Of a DNA stretch of 50,924 nucleotides, positions 47,185 through 50,924 are shown piece by piece (position 1 is the first letter of the stretch; each line of letters begins with the position of its first letter). The stretch is from Faecousia sp. (GTDB lineage Bacteria > Bacillota > Clostridia > Oscillospirales > Oscillospiraceae). The DNA is taken from contig JBGVPJ010000047.1 of the NCBI GenBank assembly GCA_045126955.1, forward strand, positions 1 to 50,924. The letters run 5' to 3'. The translations under genes were made by a program, and so were the position numbers. A model generated the notes under the pieces. The model saw only the letters and a list, made by a program, of their open reading frames with translations. It was not told where the DNA came from and made no database searches.

Positions 47185-49167
47185 ATGAAACACAAGCTTT
47201 TTAAGTATGATAAAAATCTAAAGCCCTTTGAAAAGGACTTGGACCTGCGGGTAAACCGCTACAAGGAAAAACTCTCGCAGCTTCTGCCAGCAGGAGAAAC
47301 CCTAAAGGATTTTGCTAACGGCCATGAATATTTTGGCTTTCACAAAACTGAAACCGGTTGGTTTTATCGGGAGTGGGCGCCGGGGGCGGAAAAAATGTAC
47401 CTCACCGGCGATTTTTGCGGCTGGGAGCGCCATGCCTACCCTATGGAAAAGCTGGCAGGCGGCGTATTCCAGTTGTTTTTGGAGGGTACTGAAACTCTCA
47501 AGGACGGCATGAAGGTGATGGCGCTGGTGGTTCGTGAAGGGCAGGAGCTGGAGCGCATCCCCCTGTACGCCACCCGTGTGGTGCAGGACCCCTTGGATTT
47601 TTCATGGAATGCCGTGATATACGATCCCGAGGAGGAATTTTGCTGGACGGACGGGGATTTTATCCCCAAAAAGAAGCTCTTCATCTATGAATGTCACATC
47701 GGAATGGCACAAGAGGAGGGCCGGGTGGGCACCTATGAGGCGTTCCGCACCCAAATCCTTCCCAGAATCCGGGCTTTAGGCTATAATACCATTCAAATTA
47801 TGGCTGTTATGGAGCATCCTTATTACGCCTCCTTCGGCTATCAAGTGACCAATTTCTTCGCCGCCTCCTCCCGGTTTGGCCGCCCTGAGGATTTAAAGCG
47901 GCTCGTTGACACCGCCCACAGCATGGGCATATCCGTTCTTTTGGACGTGGTCCACTCCCATGCCAGCTCCAATACCAGGGAGGGCATCAACCGATTCGAC
48001 GGCACCGACTACCAGTTTTTTCACGCAGGCGACCGGGGTAATCATCCGGCATGGAACACCAAATGCTTCAATTATGATAAAAACGAGGTCATCCACTTCC
48101 TGCTGTCCAACCTGAAGTACTGGCTCACCGAGTATCACTTTGACGGCTTCCGGTTCGATGGCGTCACCTCCATGCTCTACCACGACCACGGTCTGGGTGT
48201 GGCCTTTACCGACTACAGCAAGTATTTTTCCATGAACACCGATGTGGAGGCTGTGACCTACCTGCAGCTAGCCACCACCCTCACCCGACAGGTGAAAAAG
48301 GATGCCATCTTAATTGCGGAGGATATGTCCGCACTGCCCGGCTTGTGCGTGCCTATTGAGGACGGAGGCGTGGGCTTTGATTACCGCCTTGCCATGGGCG
48401 AGCCGGATATGTGGATCCGTCTTTTAAAGGACGTCCGGGATGAGGACTGGGACTTAAATAACATTTACTATGAATTGACAATTCGCCGTCCCCACGAGAA
48501 GGTCATCGGCTACTGCGAGTCCCATGACCAGGCGCTGGTGGGAGACAAAACCATCATGTTCCGGCTGTGCGACCAAGAGATGTACTGGGGTATGAACAAG
48601 GACAACCATTCCATTGTCATCGACCGGGGTATGGCACTACACAAAATGCTCCGGCTGATTACAATGACCCTTGGCGGCGAGGGGTATTTGAACTTCATGG
48701 GCAATGAATTCGGCCACCCGGAGTGGATTGACTTTCCCCGGGAGGGGAACGGCTGGAGCTATCACTACTGCCGCCGTCAGTGGAGCCTTGCAGACAATGA
48801 AGCGCTCAAATATCAGTATTTGAATAGCTTCGAAAAGGCTGCCGTCGCGCTTTGTAAGCGTCTACGGGTGGTAGGTGGCAGGGATGTGCAGCTGAAGCTG
48901 GATAACCGCGATAAGGTTGTGGTGTATAAAAAGGGCGGCGGGGTGCTGGCCTTTAACTTCCATCCGGTCAATTCCTACGACGGGTGCTTCCTTGTAATGC
49001 CCGAGGCGGGGGAATATGAGGTTGTTATGTCAACCGATGACCTGTGTTTTGGCGGTTTCGGACGGATTTACCACCAAAAATACGCCACCACAGAGGAAAA
49101 CGGTAAAACAGGCATCCGGATGTATCTGCCCAGCCGCACCGCCGCAGTGCTGAAAAAGGTAAAGTAA
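47185..49167 (+). CDS. glgB: 1,4-alpha-glucan branching enzyme (GH13)
   Basis: YREWAPGA, IYECHIGM, ASFGYQVTNFFA, DGFRFDGVTSM, AEDMS, ESHDQALVGDK, NFMGNEFGHPEWIDFPR. Confidence 0.93.
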   Translation: MKHKLFKYDKNLKPFEKDLDLRVNRYKEKLSQLLPAGETLKDFANGHEYFGFHKTETGWFYREWAPGAEKMYLTGDFCGWERHAYPMEKLAGGVFQLFLEGTETLKDGMKVMALVVREGQELERIPLYATRVVQDPLDFSWNAVIYDPEEEFCWTDGDFIPKKKLFIYECHIGMAQEEGRVGTYEAFRTQILPRIRALGYNTIQIMAVMEHPYYASFGYQVTNFFAASSRFGRPEDLKRLVDTAHSMGISVLLDVVHSHASSNTREGINRFDGTDYQFFHAGDRGNHPAWNTKCFNYDKNEVIHFLLSNLKYWLTEYHFDGFRFDGVTSMLYHDHGLGVAFTDYSKYFSMNTDVEAVTYLQLATTLTRQVKKDAILIAEDMSALPGLCVPIEDGGVGFDYRLAMGEPDMWIRLLKDVRDEDWDLNNIYYELTIRRPHEKVIGYCESHDQALVGDKTIMFRLCDQEMYWGMNKDNHSIVIDRGMALHKMLRLITMTLGGEGYLNFMGNEFGHPEWIDFPREGNGWSYHYCRRQWSLADNEALKYQYLNSFEKAAVALCKRLRVVGGRDVQLKLDNRDKVVVYKKGGGVLAFNFHPVNSYDGCFLVMPEAGEYEVVMSTDDLCFGGFGRIYHQKYATTEENGKTGIRMYLPSRTAAVLKKVK

Positions 49168-49312
49168 TCTTCAGCTGACAACATGGCGGTAACGTCACCG
49201 AGCCCAGTGAATGGGGAACGATACCTGCCGTGCCTTGCACGTATTGCCTGTCTAGCCACAAAACTATTGACAAAATATAGGAAAACAGGGTATAATAGCT
49301 TAGGTAATTGAT

Positions 49313-49542
49313 AAAAGCTGTGAAAAGAAGAGTAAGCACGCAGGAACGTCGCAGAGAGCCCCGGCAGGTGAAAAGGGGTACGGGGTGGCTGCCGAACATG
49401 GTCTTGGAGCCGGTGCGCCGATAGGTAGGCACGCCCGGGTGCGCCCGTTATTGCGTTTAGAGGCACAGACTCTGTGCGAACCAAGGTGGTACCGCGAAGG
49501 AATTCCTTTCGCCCTTGCTATGCGAGGGCGAATTTTCGTTTA
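49313..49542 (+). promoter_or_regulatory. T-box riboswitch, Met (AUG) specifier
   Basis: AGAGA and GGTGAAA elements, GAAC-ATG at 49398-49400, AAGGTGGTACCGCG, terminator ttcgccctt..agggcgaa-tttt; TTGACA..TATAAT promoter upstream. Confidence 0.92.
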
Positions 49543-49560
49543 TTAGGAGGATATATTTAT

Positions 49561-50924
49561 ATGAGTAAGGGCAATTTCTACATCACAACCCCCATCTATT
49601 ACCCCTCGGCCAAGCTTCACATCGGCCACACCTACTGCACCGTGGCAACCGATGCCATGGCTCGCTATAAGCGGCTGAAGGGCTACAATGTGCTGTTCCT
49701 CACCGGTACCGATGAGCACGGCCAAAAAATTGAAGATAAGGCTAAGGAGGCCGGCTGCACCCCCCAGGAATATGTGGACAGCATCGTGCTGGGCGAGGGC
49801 GGTGTGTTGGATTTGTGGAAGCTGATGAACATCTCCAACGACCGGTTCATCCGCACCACCGATGATTACCATGTGGCCGCAATTCAGAAAATCTTCAAGA
49901 AGATGTACGAAAACGGCGACATCTACAAGGGTAAATACACCGGCAAGTATTGCAAGCCCTGCGAGTCTTTCTGGACTGAGAGCCAGCTGGTGGACGGCAA
50001 GTGCCCCGACTGCGGCCGTGAGGTGCAGGACGCAGAGGAGGAGGCTTACTTCTTCCGTCTGAGCAAGTATGCCGGCCGGGTGCAGGATCTGCTGGAAAAC
50101 ACCGATTTTCTGGAGCCCAGATCCCGTGTCCACGAGATGGTCAACAATTTCATTAAGCCGGGTCTTGAGGATCTGTGCGTATCCCGTACCAGCTTTTCCT
50201 GGGGTGTGCCCGTGGACTTCGATGAAGGCCATGTGGTGTACGTTTGGATCGATGCTTTGTTCAACTACATGACCGCCCTGGGCTACTGCAACGATAAGCA
50301 CGACGATTTGGATGCTTTTTGGCCTGCGGATGTACACTTCGTGGGCAAGGAAATCGTCCGTTTCCACTCCATTATTTGGCCGGCCATGCTGATGAGTTTG
50401 GATTTGCCCCTGCCCAAGAAGGTATACGGCCACGGCTGGCTGCTGTTGGACGGCGGTAAAATGAGCAAATCTAAGGGCAATGTGGTAGACCCCTATATTC
50501 TTGCCCAGCGGTTTGGCGTGGATGCCCTGCGGTTCTTCCTGCTTCGCTCCTTCCCCTTCGGCTCCGACGGCAACTTCTCCAATGAGCTGCTGATTTCCAC
50601 CATCAACACTGATTTGGCCAACGATTTGGGCAATTTGGTATCCCGGACAGTGGCTATGGCCCAAAAGTACTTTGGTGAACACCTGCCGGAACAGCAGCAG
50701 GTGGATATCGAGAAGGACAAAGAACTGGTGGAGCTGGTCTGCGGCCTGCGGGAAAAATACGAAGCACAGATGGAGAAATTTGCCTTCCAAAATGCTCTTG
50801 CGGAGGTTTTCAAGGTCATCTCCCGTGCTAATAAGTATATTGACGAAAATGCGCCTTGGGTGCTGGCAAAGGACGAGGCCAATCATCCCCGCCTGGCCAA
50901 GGTTTTGTATAATCTATTGGAAAC
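49561..50924 (+). CDS. metG: Methionyl-tRNA synthetase (runs off window end; absent from ORF track)
   Basis: Manual translation MSKGNFYITTPIYYPSAKLHIGH, TGTDEHGQKI, YVWIDAL, GKEI, KMSKS; aggagg RBS; Met T-box upstream. Confidence 0.97.
   Translation, partial: MSKGNFYITTPIYYPSAKLHIGHTYCTVATDAMARYKRLKGYNVLFLTGTDEHGQKIEDKAKEAGCTPQEYVDSIVLGEGGVLDLWKLMNISNDRFIRTTDDYHVAAIQKIFKKMYENGDIYKGKYTGKYCKPCESFWTESQLVDGKCPDCGREVQDAEEEAYFFRLSKYAGRVQDLLENTDFLEPRSRVHEMVNNFIKPGLEDLCVSRTSFSWGVPVDFDEGHVVYVWIDALFNYMTALGYCNDKHDDLDAFWPADVHFVGKEIVRFHSIIWPAMLMSLDLPLPKKVYGHGWLLLDGGKMSKSKGNVVDPYILAQRFGVDALRFFLLRSFPFGSDGNFSNELLISTINTDLANDLGNLVSRTVAMAQKYFGEHLPEQQQVDIEKDKELVELVCGLREKYEAQMEKFAFQNALAEVFKVISRANKYIDENAPWVLAKDEANHPRLAKVLYNLLE

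Noticed and set aside
49543-50886. 447-aa minus-strand ORF
   Set aside because: Antisense shadow of metG, which is supported by HIGH/KMSKS motifs and a Met T-box.

Overview
Chromosomal window from a spore-forming Clostridia-class Firmicute (Oscillospiraceae-like by gene content and repeat types; inference). It is mostly housekeeping: ddh, cysK, cysE, prfC, infC-rpmI-rplT, DnaD/DnaC-like genes, lepA, hemW, spoIVB, nifS-nifU-Rrf2, rpe, a TPP riboswitch with thiT, trxA, glgB, and a Met T-box with metG. Two regions stand out. (1) 37721-39882 is an integrase-less tandem array of ~1 kb gene cassettes in the 3' end of spoIVB. The last 40 codons of spoIVB occur three times, heavily recoded at synonymous sites, and always break at the Met codon just before the catalytic Ser (GMSGSP). 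Each cassette has the same chassis (spoIVB tail, palindromic repeat, conserved promoter/RBS, variable cargo, conserved hairpin, conserved ~172 bp non-coding arm) but unrelated cargo, which resembles an integron-like capture system. (2) 9522-24085 has back-to-back Leu- and Ile-specifier T-boxes controlling three acyl-CoA synthetases with unusual fusions, a catalytically degenerate LeuA, a Vor-type 2-oxoacid:ferredoxin oxidoreductase and leucine dehydrogenase. This fits branched-chain amino acid synthesis from branched short-chain fatty acids by reductive carboxylation. Small IS/MITE remnants and REP-like palindromes are also present. All calls are by eye; no searches were run.
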